This document shows, piece by piece, positions 20,926 through 31,111 of a stretch of DNA of 64,000 nt (within the stretch, counting starts at the first letter, position 1; the number at the start of each line of letters is the position of its first letter). The notes under the pieces are model-generated. The model ran no database searches. It worked only from the letters and a program-made list of their open reading frames with translations, and was not told where the DNA came from. The position numbers were made by a program, and so were the translations under genes. Origin of the DNA: Bacteroidales bacterium. GTDB taxonomy: Bacteria > Bacteroidota > Bacteroidia > Bacteroidales > VadinHA17. Location of the stretch: positions 39,515 through 103,514 of the forward strand of contig JALHSP010000060.1 in NCBI GenBank assembly GCA_022865305.1, given 5' to 3'.

Positions 20926-22710
20926 CTAGTAACCCGTGTTCTGAACAAGAACGCCTGGTTGCAGGTCAATCTGAGCCTGAGGAATCGGAGCCCACTTGGC
21001 TTTGTCGGTAAAGACACAGTCCTTCATGAACTGACGTGTTCTAAGGTCTGCAATAGCGAAAGCGTCAAGGGTTTCTTTGATAATACCCCATCTTCTCAGG
21101 TCGAAGAAGCGTTGTCCTTCCATTGCGAATTCAAGACGAAGCTCCCACTGAACTGCTCTCAGGGCATTTGCCTGGCCTTGTGCAACAAAAGTACCTACCG
21201 GATATGGAGATACCTTATAGTTTGCTGCAGGCTGGTTCCAGTCAATCGTTACATTGAATGGATAAGCTGCCGGAGGTAGTTCATAAGTAGTTACTCTGCC
21301 CATTACAATCTCGTTGGCTGCACGGGTGCGTACCATGTTGACAAGTTGCTCGGCATAAGCTAAGCTGGCCGGAGTATTTTCGCTGACTGCAACTTCAGCT
21401 CTCCAAAGAAGAACATGGGCATACCGTATAGCTCTCCAGTTGTTTGCATTCACTCCTGACATCCACCCGCTGTTTGTTATAAGGGTAGCCTTTTCTGATT
21501 TTTTGGCAAACCACTTGGGAGCAGGCAGATAAGGTCCGCCATCCGGCTGGTTGCGGATCCAGTCGCGGCCTCTGTTTACTCCCCAGTCCATATAAGGAAT
21601 ACCCCTGCGGCTGACAGTGAGGTCCAGACGGGGATCAACCTCATCGGTAAAAGGAACAAATGTAGCTTCGGAAGGAACACCCTGGTCGTTCTTCAGGTCA
21701 ACATTGTTGAAGGTTGTAAACAATGGTAAACCGTTTGCATCAACTTTGTATGCGTTAACCAGGTTCTGTGATGACTGGTGAAAACCGCAGCAGAAGCCAA
21801 TATCTGAACCATGAGGCCAGTTGAGTCCTATACCCATTTCACCGGTATATGATCCATATCCTGAGCCGTTATTAACAGATGCTTCAATTTCAAAAATTGA
21901 TTCAGCATTGTGTTCTGTAGCGATCCTGTAATTGTCGAAGAATTTAGTAACCAGTGATTTTCCGCTATTGGTTATTATATCATCGAGCAAAGGTTTTGCT
22001 GCAGTATAATTTATGGGAGAACTGTTCAAATGTACCCTTGCAAGCAGCGCCTCTGCAGCCCATTTTGTCGGCCGCCCTTTTTGTGCCTGTGTTGCAGGCA
22101 GATTGGCCACAGCATATGTAAGGTCTGAAACAATAGCCGGTATGGCATCAACAGTATTGGGAACTGTTGTCGGATCTTCAGTATCCTCGGTAAGAATTAC
22201 AATATTCTTGAATACCAGATATGCTTCGAAATTGAACCATGCCCTCAGGAATTTTGCCTGGGCTTCAAAGCTGGTAGCAACCGGAGCAGTGAGTCCTTCC
22301 GTGCCTTTAAGAATTCTCAGCATCGTATTGATACGTGTTACTCCCAACATTTGCCATTTCCATTTCCCGGCTGGGTACTCGTTATTAGGCAATTGGTTCC
22401 AGCGTTCAACCTCATTTGCCGGCACCTGGTCGCCTTCATCTGATCCTTTATAGGCATCATCTGAAGCTGCGGAGCCAAAAGTCCAGTTAGTAGCAGAAGA
22501 GCCCCATCCGCTGCCGGATCCCGTAGTATTCTGTATACCTCCGCCAGCAACTGCATATACTCCTATCAACAGAGATTCGAGACCTTTTTCAGTATAGAAA
22601 ACAGTTTCTGATGTGGAACCGATGGGTTTCTTATCAAAAAAGCTTTCCGAACATGAAAAGGAAATGACTATTAATAGCGTAAAGGCTATAATATATTTTG
22701 CTTTTTTCAT
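20926..22710 (-). CDS. susD: SusD/RagB nutrient-binding lipoprotein
   Basis: Lipobox SFSC, AKFLRAWFNF, GRPTKWAAEALLARV, IRYAHVLLWRAE, ELRLEFAMEGQRFFDLRRWG. Confidence 0.95.
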   Translation of the reverse strand: MKKAKYIIAFTLLIVISFSCSESFFDKKPIGSTSETVFYTEKGLESLLIGVYAVAGGGIQNTTGSGSGWGSSATNWTFGSAASDDAYKGSDEGDQVPANEVERWNQLPNNEYPAGKWKWQMLGVTRINTMLRILKGTEGLTAPVATSFEAQAKFLRAWFNFEAYLVFKNIVILTEDTEDPTTVPNTVDAIPAIVSDLTYAVANLPATQAQKGRPTKWAAEALLARVHLNSSPINYTAAKPLLDDIITNSGKSLVTKFFDNYRIATEHNAESIFEIEASVNNGSGYGSYTGEMGIGLNWPHGSDIGFCCGFHQSSQNLVNAYKVDANGLPLFTTFNNVDLKNDQGVPSEATFVPFTDEVDPRLDLTVSRRGIPYMDWGVNRGRDWIRNQPDGGPYLPAPKWFAKKSEKATLITNSGWMSGVNANNWRAIRYAHVLLWRAEVAVSENTPASLAYAEQLVNMVRTRAANEIVMGRVTTYELPPAAYPFNVTIDWNQPAANYKVSPYPVGTFVAQGQANALRAVQWELRLEFAMEGQRFFDLRRWGIIKETLDAFAIADLRTRQFMKDCVFTDKAKWAPIPQAQIDLQPGVLVQNTGY

Positions 22711-22746
22711 ATTTTAAATATTAAAATTAGTTATACGATGAACCGC

Positions 22747-25700
22747 TTACAGGTTAAGAGTTAAACCTAACATTATCTGCCGCGGGGTTGGCCATGAACC
22801 CTGGTCAAATCCCAGGCTTGTTCCCGATGAATTAAGTTCGGGATCGAGGCCGCTGTATTTCGTCCAGGTGAAAAGATTTGTTACCTGGCCATAGATACGA
22901 ATACTCTGAAGCCCTATTTTACCGGCCAGCGATTGCGGCATAACATAACCTATCTGCAAGCTCTTCATCCTTAGGAACGATCCATCTTCAATAAAGTGGG
23001 TGGAAGGCCGTTCTGAATTAGCATCAAGATCTGCCATTGCCAGTGTAGCGTCAGCGTTGTCGTCGAGATACGGGCTCCCCCACGATTTGTACAACCTGTC
23101 TTTGCTCCTGTTGCCAAGGAACTGTGAATAGTCAATCCAGCGTCTTACATAGTTCGTCATCTCGTTCCCGTAACTTCCGTAGAATGACATGTTCACATAG
23201 AAGTTGGAATAAGCCAGGTCAACATTCAGACCTCCTGTGAAATCAGGATGAGGATTACCGATAAATGTTCTGTCGTAAGTATCGTTAACTATACCATCAG
23301 GAATCCCTTCCGGACCGCTGATATCGCGGTATTTGAAATGTCCCGGGATATTGTAAGTTCCGAAAGCTTTTGGATAGCCAGTAGTATCTGCCGCTGTCTG
23401 GAAGATGCCGTCAACAATTAATCCGTAGAATTCAGGGTATGCAGTACCTTCCGCGAACCTTGTATAAGTATACTGACGTGTGTTATACCCGTCCACAAGT
23501 GTGCCTGTAGGAAGACCGAGTTTTACTATTTCGTTTTTGTAATGCGAAATTTCGCCGCTTATATTATAAGTGAATTTTCCGCCAAATGCTTTGTTTTTGT
23601 ATCCGATTTCAATATCAAAGCCATTGTTAGCCATCTCACCAATATTTATATAAGGAGCAGTTACAACTCCTTGAGTCTGCGGTATGGGGAGCCTGTAAAG
23701 CATGTCAGTGGTTTTCCTCTGCCATACATCAACGCTTAAATTAATAGTATTCTTTAAGAGCTGGGCATCAACACCGACATTCCTTGTTTCAGTACTTTCC
23801 CAGGTTATATCCTCGTTTCCCAAACGATTGGGCTGGAATCCCTGAACTCTTGAAGTATTGGCACCATTAATGTCATAAGCTGACGCGTTACCGCTGGTAT
23901 TAAAAGTTGTAAATGTCTGGTATTCCCCGATACGGTCGTTTCCGGAAAGGCCCCATCCAAGACGAAGCTTAAGGAAGCTCAGCCAGCTGCTTGTACCTGA
24001 CATGAAATTCTCTTCGGAGATCACCCATGCAGCTGATGCTGCCGGGAACATACCATAACGGTTTGCCGGAGAAAAACGGGATGATCCGTCACGGCGTAAT
24101 GTTCCTTCGAACAGGTACTTGCCTTTCAGGGCATAGTTTACACGTCCGAATATTCCGAAGGATGAATTCTCTGAAGCCCCGCTACCAACTGTAAAGTTAG
24201 TTTCTCCTGTTCCCAGTGTCATATAAAGAGGATCCTGCGAAAAATACTGGCTTGCGCCACCGTTAAGGTTATCAGACCTGTAAGAAATTGCTTCAGTACC
24301 AATAACAGCGGAGACCCTGTGTATATCGGCAAAAGTCCTGTCAAAGTTAAGCGTGTTTGTCCAGTTCCACTGCAGACCGGCACCTCCGTATTCACTAAAG
24401 CTGTCTATTAATGTTCCCTCAGAAAATTCCGGATTTGCGATACCGTAAGAATAGCCCAGATATGGATTTACATCAAAACCAAACAGAGTTTTGACAGAGA
24501 GTCCCTGCATAATTCTTGCTTCAGCAAAAAAGTTGCCCAGCATACGATAGCTTTTGTCCCTGTTATTCCGGGCGCGTACCTGCCCGGCAACCGGATTTGC
24601 CCCATTACCAAGAGTAGGCGCTTTTGTACCTGCAAAATTACCCATAATATCATAGACCGGTATAATCGGCTGCATACGGTAACCCTGTGAAATAACAGTC
24701 CCTTCACCGTTGTCTCCCCTGTTACCTTTTCCTAATGTATATGAAACGCTCAGGGATTGACCTATTTTTAACCATTCCGTGAGTTTTACATCGGTATTAG
24801 ACCTTAAGGAGAATCTTTCAAAACCTGAATAAATAACAAAACCTTCTTCGTTAAGGTAACCGGCAGAGAAAGCATAGGATGTATTCTGTCCGCCACCCGT
24901 AACTGAAAGGTCATATTCCTGTATCACTCCATTCTGGTAAATCTCATCGTACCAGTCGGTACCTTCTTTATTAGCCCTTATAATTGTGTACGAAGGCCAT
25001 AAGTACAGTGCAGGATTGACTGCTGCAGAACCTTCGACCGCTGCTGCTGGAAGAATATAATCGGGAATTACCGGTGTTGCGCCGCTTCCATAAAGAGCGT
25101 TGGTTGGAGCTAATCCCCTGTTTTTTGCCTGCAACCATAATAATTCACCATACTCCTGTGTATTCAGCAGGTCGTATTTATTGACAGCTTTTGTGATACC
25201 GGTTCTGACATTTAAGGCTACTCTTGGTCTGTCCCCCATACGTCCACGTTTTGTGGTAATAAGGACAACACCATTTGCACCTCTTGCACCGTAAATAGCT
25301 GCCGACGAAGCATCTTTCAATACAGAAATGGATTCGATGTCGTTTGGATTCAAAGAGCTTCCCGGACCGGCAGGTACACCGTCAATAACTGTGAGAGGGC
25401 CTGTAGAAGCCTGGATCGTTCCAAGCCCGCGTACCAGGATGCTGGCACCGGAACCGGGAGCATTCCCGTCAATTATTGATACCCCTGAAATCTGGCCTTG
25501 TATACGGCCAATGGCACTTGGGGCTGTAGATATTGCCATCTGCTGGTTTGATACTGAGGAAACAGAACCGGTCAGTTCTTCACGTAAACGTGTTCCATAA
25601 CCAACAACAACTATCTCCTGCAAAGTAGATACACTTTCAACTAGAGTTACATCAATGTTAGCCACGGATCCAACAACTATTTCCTGTGTTGTATAACCGA

Positions 25701-26010
25701 TGAATGAAAATGCAAGCGTTGAATTTGCCGAAGCAACTGTGATGGAATATCTTCCGTCAGGATTTGTAATTACTCCGTTTGTAGTTCCTTTTTCAACAAC
25801 ATTCACTCCAGGTAAATTATTCCCGGCCGCATCAATTATACGCCCGGTTACAGTTTTTTGCTGCTCATTGTCTGAGGTTACAGTCCCGTATGCTGAAGCG
25901 GTGAACTGTATTGTCCCAAACAATAAAAGAAAAGTCATGAGTTTCATCACCAGCTTTATCCTGATAAAATGCCATGGTAATGAAACAGATTTTCCAAAGT
26001 TTTTTGTCAT
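22747..26010 (-). CDS. susC: SusC/RagA TonB-dependent transporter
   Basis: EIVVVGYG, DIESISVLKDASSAAIYGARGANGVVLITTKRG, EDGSFLRMK; ATG 26010 preferred. Confidence 0.96.
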   Translation of the reverse strand: MTKNFGKSVSLPWHFIRIKLVMKLMTFLLLFGTIQFTASAYGTVTSDNEQQKTVTGRIIDAAGNNLPGVNVVEKGTTNGVITNPDGRYSITVASANSTLAFSFIGYTTQEIVVGSVANIDVTLVESVSTLQEIVVVGYGTRLREELTGSVSSVSNQQMAISTAPSAIGRIQGQISGVSIIDGNAPGSGASILVRGLGTIQASTGPLTVIDGVPAGPGSSLNPNDIESISVLKDASSAAIYGARGANGVVLITTKRGRMGDRPRVALNVRTGITKAVNKYDLLNTQEYGELLWLQAKNRGLAPTNALYGSGATPVIPDYILPAAAVEGSAAVNPALYLWPSYTIIRANKEGTDWYDEIYQNGVIQEYDLSVTGGGQNTSYAFSAGYLNEEGFVIYSGFERFSLRSNTDVKLTEWLKIGQSLSVSYTLGKGNRGDNGEGTVISQGYRMQPIIPVYDIMGNFAGTKAPTLGNGANPVAGQVRARNNRDKSYRMLGNFFAEARIMQGLSVKTLFGFDVNPYLGYSYGIANPEFSEGTLIDSFSEYGGAGLQWNWTNTLNFDRTFADIHRVSAVIGTEAISYRSDNLNGGASQYFSQDPLYMTLGTGETNFTVGSGASENSSFGIFGRVNYALKGKYLFEGTLRRDGSSRFSPANRYGMFPAASAAWVISEENFMSGTSSWLSFLKLRLGWGLSGNDRIGEYQTFTTFNTSGNASAYDINGANTSRVQGFQPNRLGNEDITWESTETRNVGVDAQLLKNTINLSVDVWQRKTTDMLYRLPIPQTQGVVTAPYINIGEMANNGFDIEIGYKNKAFGGKFTYNISGEISHYKNEIVKLGLPTGTLVDGYNTRQYTYTRFAEGTAYPEFYGLIVDGIFQTAADTTGYPKAFGTYNIPGHFKYRDISGPEGIPDGIVNDTYDRTFIGNPHPDFTGGLNVDLAYSNFYVNMSFYGSYGNEMTNYVRRWIDYSQFLGNRSKDRLYKSWGSPYLDDNADATLAMADLDANSERPSTHFIEDGSFLRMKSLQIGYVMPQSLAGKIGLQSIRIYGQVTNLFTWTKYSGLDPELNSSGTSLGFDQGSWPTPRQIMLGLTLNL

Positions 26011-26365
26011 ACGTTTAAGATTTAAAGTTTTAAGATTTAAACATGATGTTTTGTACTCAGGTCTCACCTGAGTAAACGTCGCAGACAGAACTTGTAGTTA
26101 AGTCCTGTCTTTTCGTATTAGAGATTTAGGGATCAGGTAGTTTTGCATCATAGGCAATTCAGGTTAGTTTTAGTACATTATAGGTTAGTTCATTAATTTT
26201 ATCTTTTTTCAGTTAAAATCTGTTAAATACTTAACATTCATACCGAAAATTTTAAAAACAGCAATTTAGAATAAAAGTTCCAATCATGCAAGTAAATTCC
26301 CCAAATAAAGTCATGTTCTTGTTCTGTAACTATTTCCGGATGGCGTTTTTAATTTATACCCGGAT

Positions 26366-27043
26366 TTATCTTTCCTGAATTGTACGTTTCCATGCCCTCA
26401 ATCCGACAAACGACATGGAACAGTAAACAATATATAGTAATACAGTCGGATAAAGTCCCCTGGTTAAAAACAGTATTACTGAAGCCGCATTGACGACAAT
26501 CCATAAAAACCAGTGTTCATAAATTTTTCTTGCAAGCATCCATGTTGCAATTATCGAAAGCGAAGTAATAAATGAATCCCATCCCGGTACAGGCGAATCA
26601 GTCAGCCTGTCCAGAACAAGCCACATTACTGTAAACAGCAAAACAAAAATAACTGACAAAGCTATTCCGGTGTTGAGTTTTAGCCTGGACACTTCAAGTC
26701 TCTCAGTCCCTTCGTCCCTTAGTCTCTTCGTCCCTTCGTCTCTTAGTCCCTCCGTCTCTTCGTCTCCTTTCCCCCCCTTCTGCCCTGAGCCCTGAGCCCT
26801 GAGCCTTGTGCCTTTTACCCACCAGTACCACCCAAGTACGCTTATCACCAGGTAGTATCCCTGCAGGCTCATATCTGCATAAAGCTTCCCTGTGAAAAAG
26901 ACCCAGATATAAATCCCTGAGGTAATGATACCTACCGGCCAGAGCCAGATATTCTGCCTGATTTCAAGGATAACATACAGGATGCCCGTAACTGCCCCGA
27001 ATATTTCAATAAAATTATCTGAAAACCATCCGGATACTGTCAT
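26366..27043 (-). CDS. pnuC: PnuC-family transporter (probable thiamine transporter PnuT) with repeat-derived insert
   Basis: NIWLWPVGI, LYADMSLQ, DSFITSLSIIATWMLARKIYEHW; downstream of the TPP-regulated receptor. Confidence 0.92.
   Translation of the reverse strand: MTVSGWFSDNFIEIFGAVTGILYVILEIRQNIWLWPVGIITSGIYIWVFFTGKLYADMSLQGYYLVISVLGWYWWVKGTRLRAQGSGQKGGKGDEETEGLRDEGTKRLRDEGTERLEVSRLKLNTGIALSVIFVLLFTVMWLVLDRLTDSPVPGWDSFITSLSIIATWMLARKIYEHWFLWIVVNAASVILFLTRGLYPTVLLYIVYCSMSFVGLRAWKRTIQER
26697..26812. repeat. Short tandem repeat arrays inside pnuC
   Basis: Nine degenerate 8-mers (a/c)gtc(c/t)ct(t/c) at 26697-26768 and four 7-mers (t/a)gccctg from 26781. Confidence 0.85.
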
Positions 27044-27060
27044 TTCATAACAATTAACTA

Positions 27061-29490
27061 TCAGAACATTAAGCCAACCCTGAACATCAGATTAGTCCCT
27101 GCCTGAGGAAAATAATAAGACCAGCTTTTTTCTATGCCATCTTCATACCAGTTACCACCATAAGCATTGCTTTCATATTCGGCATTGAAAATGTTGTTGA
27201 TAAGAAGCTGGAATTCAACATCTCTGATTTTAGGGATCGCCGGATTGAAGTCGATCCTCAGGTTGTTAACGATGTAAGGATTTATCTTTCTTTCCGGATT
27301 CATGGTATTATCGAAATATTGCCTGCCGACGTACTTGCTGATAAAATGCATCCTCATCGTCCTGAGTATTTTTATATTTATGTCACTTGTTCCGACAACT
27401 GACGGGGAATACGCAATATCAACAGTTCCAAGATACTTGCTTATATACTCTTCTGACCAGTCAGAGGTATTATAATCTGTATAATGCTCGACAAAATCCC
27501 TGATCTTATTCCTGCTCAATGTAACGCTGAAATCCCAGTTTAACAAATCCAGGGGCTTAAGCCCTGCACTGATTTCAACTCCGCGACGGTGACTTTTTTC
27601 AACATTTGTCATTATTGAATATCCGGTGCTGCTCAGCTCTCCGGTAGGAACCAGCTGATCCAGATACATCATTCCATACATATTGACTGCCAGGGAATAT
27701 TTTTCTCCCCGAAGCTTGTATCCCATCTCGGTATCATAAAGTGTTTCGGCTTCCGGTGTGGCATTTATATCTCCTGCAGCTTCCTTAAAATCGGCCCGGG
27801 TTGGTTCACGGTTGGCAACCGAAAATGAAAGAAATGCATCCTGATTCGGGGTTATCGAAAAGAAAATTCCGGCTTTAGGATTAAAAAAGCCAAACCGGTG
27901 TTCCTGGTCGAGATCCTTCATATCATCATCATTACCGGTCATTCTGTAATGTATGTACCTGTATTGCAGGTCACCAAAAACAGATATTTTATCTGTTAAG
28001 GAATAATCTGCCTTGCCGAAAAAGCTTATCTCTCCTTTTGTCCCGTTGTTCAGGTACCACTGGTGATCTTTTTCCAGGGCTCCTGAATATCTCATCCAGA
28101 TAATCCTGCCATAATGATCTCCCGAATAATAATTTCCACCTCCACCGGCTGTTACTTCAATTTTATTCTTACTGAATTTAAGTGAAGTCACAAGACCATA
28201 GAAATCGTTCGACATCCATTTTCTTCTTATCAGGTCGGATTCAGTAATAAGTGTATCTCCTACACTTATTACAGGCAATCCATAATCCGGAAGGAATCTG
28301 TCTTCCTTATATTCCTCATAATATCCCTTACCTTTTGTATAATGAAGAGCGGTATTCAGACTTAAACTGCTACTGAGACTGTGGCTGTAAATCAGCTGAT
28401 AATGATTCTGCAGATAATTATCGCTCTCATTATCATAATATTGTTTTATTCCTGCCTCGTCAGTATATTCACCTGCCGGATTATATCTTCTGTTAATTGT
28501 CAGCATCTCTTTTGGCACACCCCACCAGCCTATTCCGGTATGTTCTTCTCCGAGAATTATATTAGCTTTTAATCTGACCTTTTCTGTCCTGTAAACGCCG
28601 CTGATGTAGCCCGATCTGTGGTTTGACCCCGTTCTTTCGATATAACCATTGCTGTTCAGTTCCGATAACCTTATCTGAAAAGCAAATCTTTCAGCCAGGA
28701 GTCCTGTTCCGGCAGCAATCATTTTCCTGGTTGTTTGGAAAGATCCCAACGAAGTGCTTATCCTGGCAAAAGGTTCATTTTCCGGACTTTTGGTCTGAAT
28801 ACTTATTGTAGCTCCGAAAGCTCCAGCCCCGTTTGATGATGTTCCCGCACCGCGCTGAACCTGGACATTATCAACAGAGGATGAAAGATCAGGAAGGTCA
28901 ACCCAGAAGACCTGCTGTGACTCCGGATCGTTAAGCGGAATCCCGTCGATAGTGACATTTATCCTGTTTGCGTCGGTACCACGTATCCGTAAGCTTGTAT
29001 ACCCTATTCCATTCCCGGCTTCCGAAGTCTCAACCAGTGAAGGAGTCAGACTCAGAAGAAAAGGGAAATCCTGTCCTGTGTTTTGTTCTTTTAGCTGTTC
29101 GTTGTCAATTGTCGAATATGCAAGAGGTGAATGGTTCCCAGCCCTTACAGCATTTACAATTACTTCCCCTGTTAACAGGGGTTTACCGGTCAGGCTGATA
29201 TTCAGAACTGATTTTCCGGTAAGATTCACTTCATGAATTTGCGGTTCATAGCCGATGAAAGAAAAATGAAGGCGGTAGGTGCCATCTTTAAGACCATAAA
29301 AGGAGTAACTGCCATCGCTGCGGCTATACACACCTAGGAATGTATCTTCAATCGTAATTCCGGCCCCTGCAAGCGGATTCCCGCTTGTATCTGTGACTCT
29401 CCCCTGGATTACAGATCCGCTTTCCTTAACTGCAGATACATCCATCAGAAAAATAAATCCGAAAAACAAGAGTACCAGCTTTTTCCTCAT
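27061..29490 (-). CDS. TonB-dependent receptor, probable thiamine transporter
   Basis: GIGYTSLRIRG...RINVTIDGIPLND plug, QVQRGAGTSSNGAGAFGA, C-terminal Phe; directly under a TPP riboswitch. Confidence 0.9.
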   Translation of the reverse strand: MRKKLVLLFFGFIFLMDVSAVKESGSVIQGRVTDTSGNPLAGAGITIEDTFLGVYSRSDGSYSFYGLKDGTYRLHFSFIGYEPQIHEVNLTGKSVLNISLTGKPLLTGEVIVNAVRAGNHSPLAYSTIDNEQLKEQNTGQDFPFLLSLTPSLVETSEAGNGIGYTSLRIRGTDANRINVTIDGIPLNDPESQQVFWVDLPDLSSSVDNVQVQRGAGTSSNGAGAFGATISIQTKSPENEPFARISTSLGSFQTTRKMIAAGTGLLAERFAFQIRLSELNSNGYIERTGSNHRSGYISGVYRTEKVRLKANIILGEEHTGIGWWGVPKEMLTINRRYNPAGEYTDEAGIKQYYDNESDNYLQNHYQLIYSHSLSSSLSLNTALHYTKGKGYYEEYKEDRFLPDYGLPVISVGDTLITESDLIRRKWMSNDFYGLVTSLKFSKNKIEVTAGGGGNYYSGDHYGRIIWMRYSGALEKDHQWYLNNGTKGEISFFGKADYSLTDKISVFGDLQYRYIHYRMTGNDDDMKDLDQEHRFGFFNPKAGIFFSITPNQDAFLSFSVANREPTRADFKEAAGDINATPEAETLYDTEMGYKLRGEKYSLAVNMYGMMYLDQLVPTGELSSTGYSIMTNVEKSHRRGVEISAGLKPLDLLNWDFSVTLSRNKIRDFVEHYTDYNTSDWSEEYISKYLGTVDIAYSPSVVGTSDINIKILRTMRMHFISKYVGRQYFDNTMNPERKINPYIVNNLRIDFNPAIPKIRDVEFQLLINNIFNAEYESNAYGGNWYEDGIEKSWSYYFPQAGTNLMFRVGLMF

Positions 29491-29547
29491 TTTACCTTTT
29501 AATTAACTATTTTAGAAAATGAGGCTCTTTAAATATTGTGCTGATTT

Positions 29548-29632
29548 ACAGAATCCCTCCGCCGGTATTATCCGGATCAGGTGTAAGGGTATGATCTCAG
29601 CCCGTAGTATTAAGGCACCCCATTTTCCGATA
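29548..29632 (-). ncRNA. TPP riboswitch
   Basis: Minus strand GGGGTGCC...GGGCTGAGATCATACCC..ACCTGATCCGGATAATACCGGCGGAGGGA matches the THI-box consensus. Confidence 0.95.
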
Positions 29633-29702
29633 ATTCAAAGATATAACTTTTTATCCTGTTTGTCAATTTTTTGTTAAATTAGCGATCATATCCTGCATAA
29701 AT

Positions 29703-30125
29703 ATGAAAAAACTGCTTGTCAAACTTAACTATAAGGGATATCTTAGAATCGCAGTTATAAATGCTGAAGACCATTTCTTCAAAGCAATCTCGAAGGAGCT
29801 TAAGGGTGTAATGACAGACAGGGAGATTGATCAACGCTGTCCTTACGAGTACATGATTTTCTTTGTCAGATCAGTTAAAGAAGTCGAACTCTTTGCTCCT
29901 ATTGCGCTTCATAACCTTACAGCTGATGGTACATTATGGTTCTGTTATCCTAAAAAAAGCTCAAAAAAATATTCTTCCGATCTTGAACGTGACCACGGCT
30001 GGAAAGCATTGAATGAATTTGGTTTTTATGGTACAAGGATGGTAGCAATTGATGATGACTGGTCAGCTTTGAGGTTCAGGAATATAAAGTATATTAAGTC
30101 AACCTCTGACAGGTATCCAAAATAA
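29703..30125 (+). CDS. Conserved hypothetical protein (DUF3052-like)
   Basis: LWFCYPKKSSK...RDHGW...VAIDDDWSALRFR. Confidence 0.7.
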   Translation: MKKLLVKLNYKGYLRIAVINAEDHFFKAISKELKGVMTDREIDQRCPYEYMIFFVRSVKEVELFAPIALHNLTADGTLWFCYPKKSSKKYSSDLERDHGWKALNEFGFYGTRMVAIDDDWSALRFRNIKYIKSTSDRYPK

Positions 30126-30127
30126 AA

Positions 30128-30183
30128 TTCCCCTCCCTGGAGAGCCTGTCCCGACCGAAGGGCGGGAGGTTAGGGGTGGGTTA
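30128..30183. repeat. G/C-rich hairpin element carrying a 25-bp palindromic insertion
   Basis: ttcccctccctggag[agcctgtcccgaccgaagggcggga]ggttaggggtggg. Confidence 0.7.
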
Positions 30184-30184
30184 A

Positions 30185-30715
30185 ATGATTAAGACTACAA
30201 ATATAGAAACCCCTCTTGGTGAAATGATTGCCGGAGCAACTGAAGACGGTGTTTGTCTTCTGGAATTTACCGACAGGAGGATGCTTTCATCTGAACTGAA
30301 GGACCTTGAAAGGCTTTTAGAAACAACCAGTGAAGAAGGAGATAGCAGGTATATTAAACTGCTGAGAAAACAGCTTGACGAGTATTTTGAAGGGAAAAGA
30401 AAAGAATTTTCAGTTCCCCTCGTAATACCCGGTACTGAATTTCAACGGATTGTATGGAAAGAACTGCTGAATATTCCATTCGGATCAACCAGGTCATACC
30501 AGGAACAGGCTGATATTCTGGATAAACCTGGTTCTGTCAGAGCTGTTGCAAACGCTAACGGAATGAACAGGATATCAATTGTTATCCCATGTCACCGGGT
30601 TATAGGATCCAACGGTCATCTTACGGGTTACGGGGGCGGACTGAAAAGGAAAAAATGGCTCCTCTATCATGAAAAAAAATATTCCGGGAAAGCAGTAGAT
30701 CTTGATCTCTTTTAA
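30185..30715 (+). CDS. ogt: Methylated-DNA--protein-cysteine methyltransferase
   Basis: GTEFQ..VW, RAVANA, IPCHRVIG, GYGGGL. Confidence 0.95.
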   Translation: MIKTTNIETPLGEMIAGATEDGVCLLEFTDRRMLSSELKDLERLLETTSEEGDSRYIKLLRKQLDEYFEGKRKEFSVPLVIPGTEFQRIVWKELLNIPFGSTRSYQEQADILDKPGSVRAVANANGMNRISIVIPCHRVIGSNGHLTGYGGGLKRKKWLLYHEKKYSGKAVDLDLF

Positions 30716-30754
30716 CCAGAACAGACAAAAATATAAATACATTTTTCAAGTATT

Positions 30755-31111
30755 ATGAAAACACTTTTTTCACAAAGAATTTTTCTTCTCCTGTCATTTG
30801 CACTTATTCTATTTGCAATAACAGGGTGTGCTCAGAATGAGGCTGTTGATCAATGCCTGACAGGCCATACCTACGGATTCTTCGGTGGTCTCTGGCATGG
30901 ATTTATTGCTCCTTTTGATTTTATAGGAATGCTTTTTAATGATAAAATCACAATGTATGCCCAGAATAATAACGGAGGCTTATATGCTCTCGGATTCCTT
31001 TTAGGCAGCGGCGGCTGGGGTTTCTTTGGAGGAAAAGGAGTGCGCAGGGTTCAGCATACAAGAGTCAACTTCCAGTCACAGAAGTTCGATAATGCTGAGA
31101 TTGTTGAATAA
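30755..31111 (+). CDS. Small membrane lipoprotein, hypothetical
   Basis: Lipobox ITGC; GFFGGLWHGFIAPF...NNNGGLYALGFLLG. Confidence 0.75.
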   Translation: MKTLFSQRIFLLLSFALILFAITGCAQNEAVDQCLTGHTYGFFGGLWHGFIAPFDFIGMLFNDKITMYAQNNNGGLYALGFLLGSGGWGFFGGKGVRRVQHTRVNFQSQKFDNAEIVE

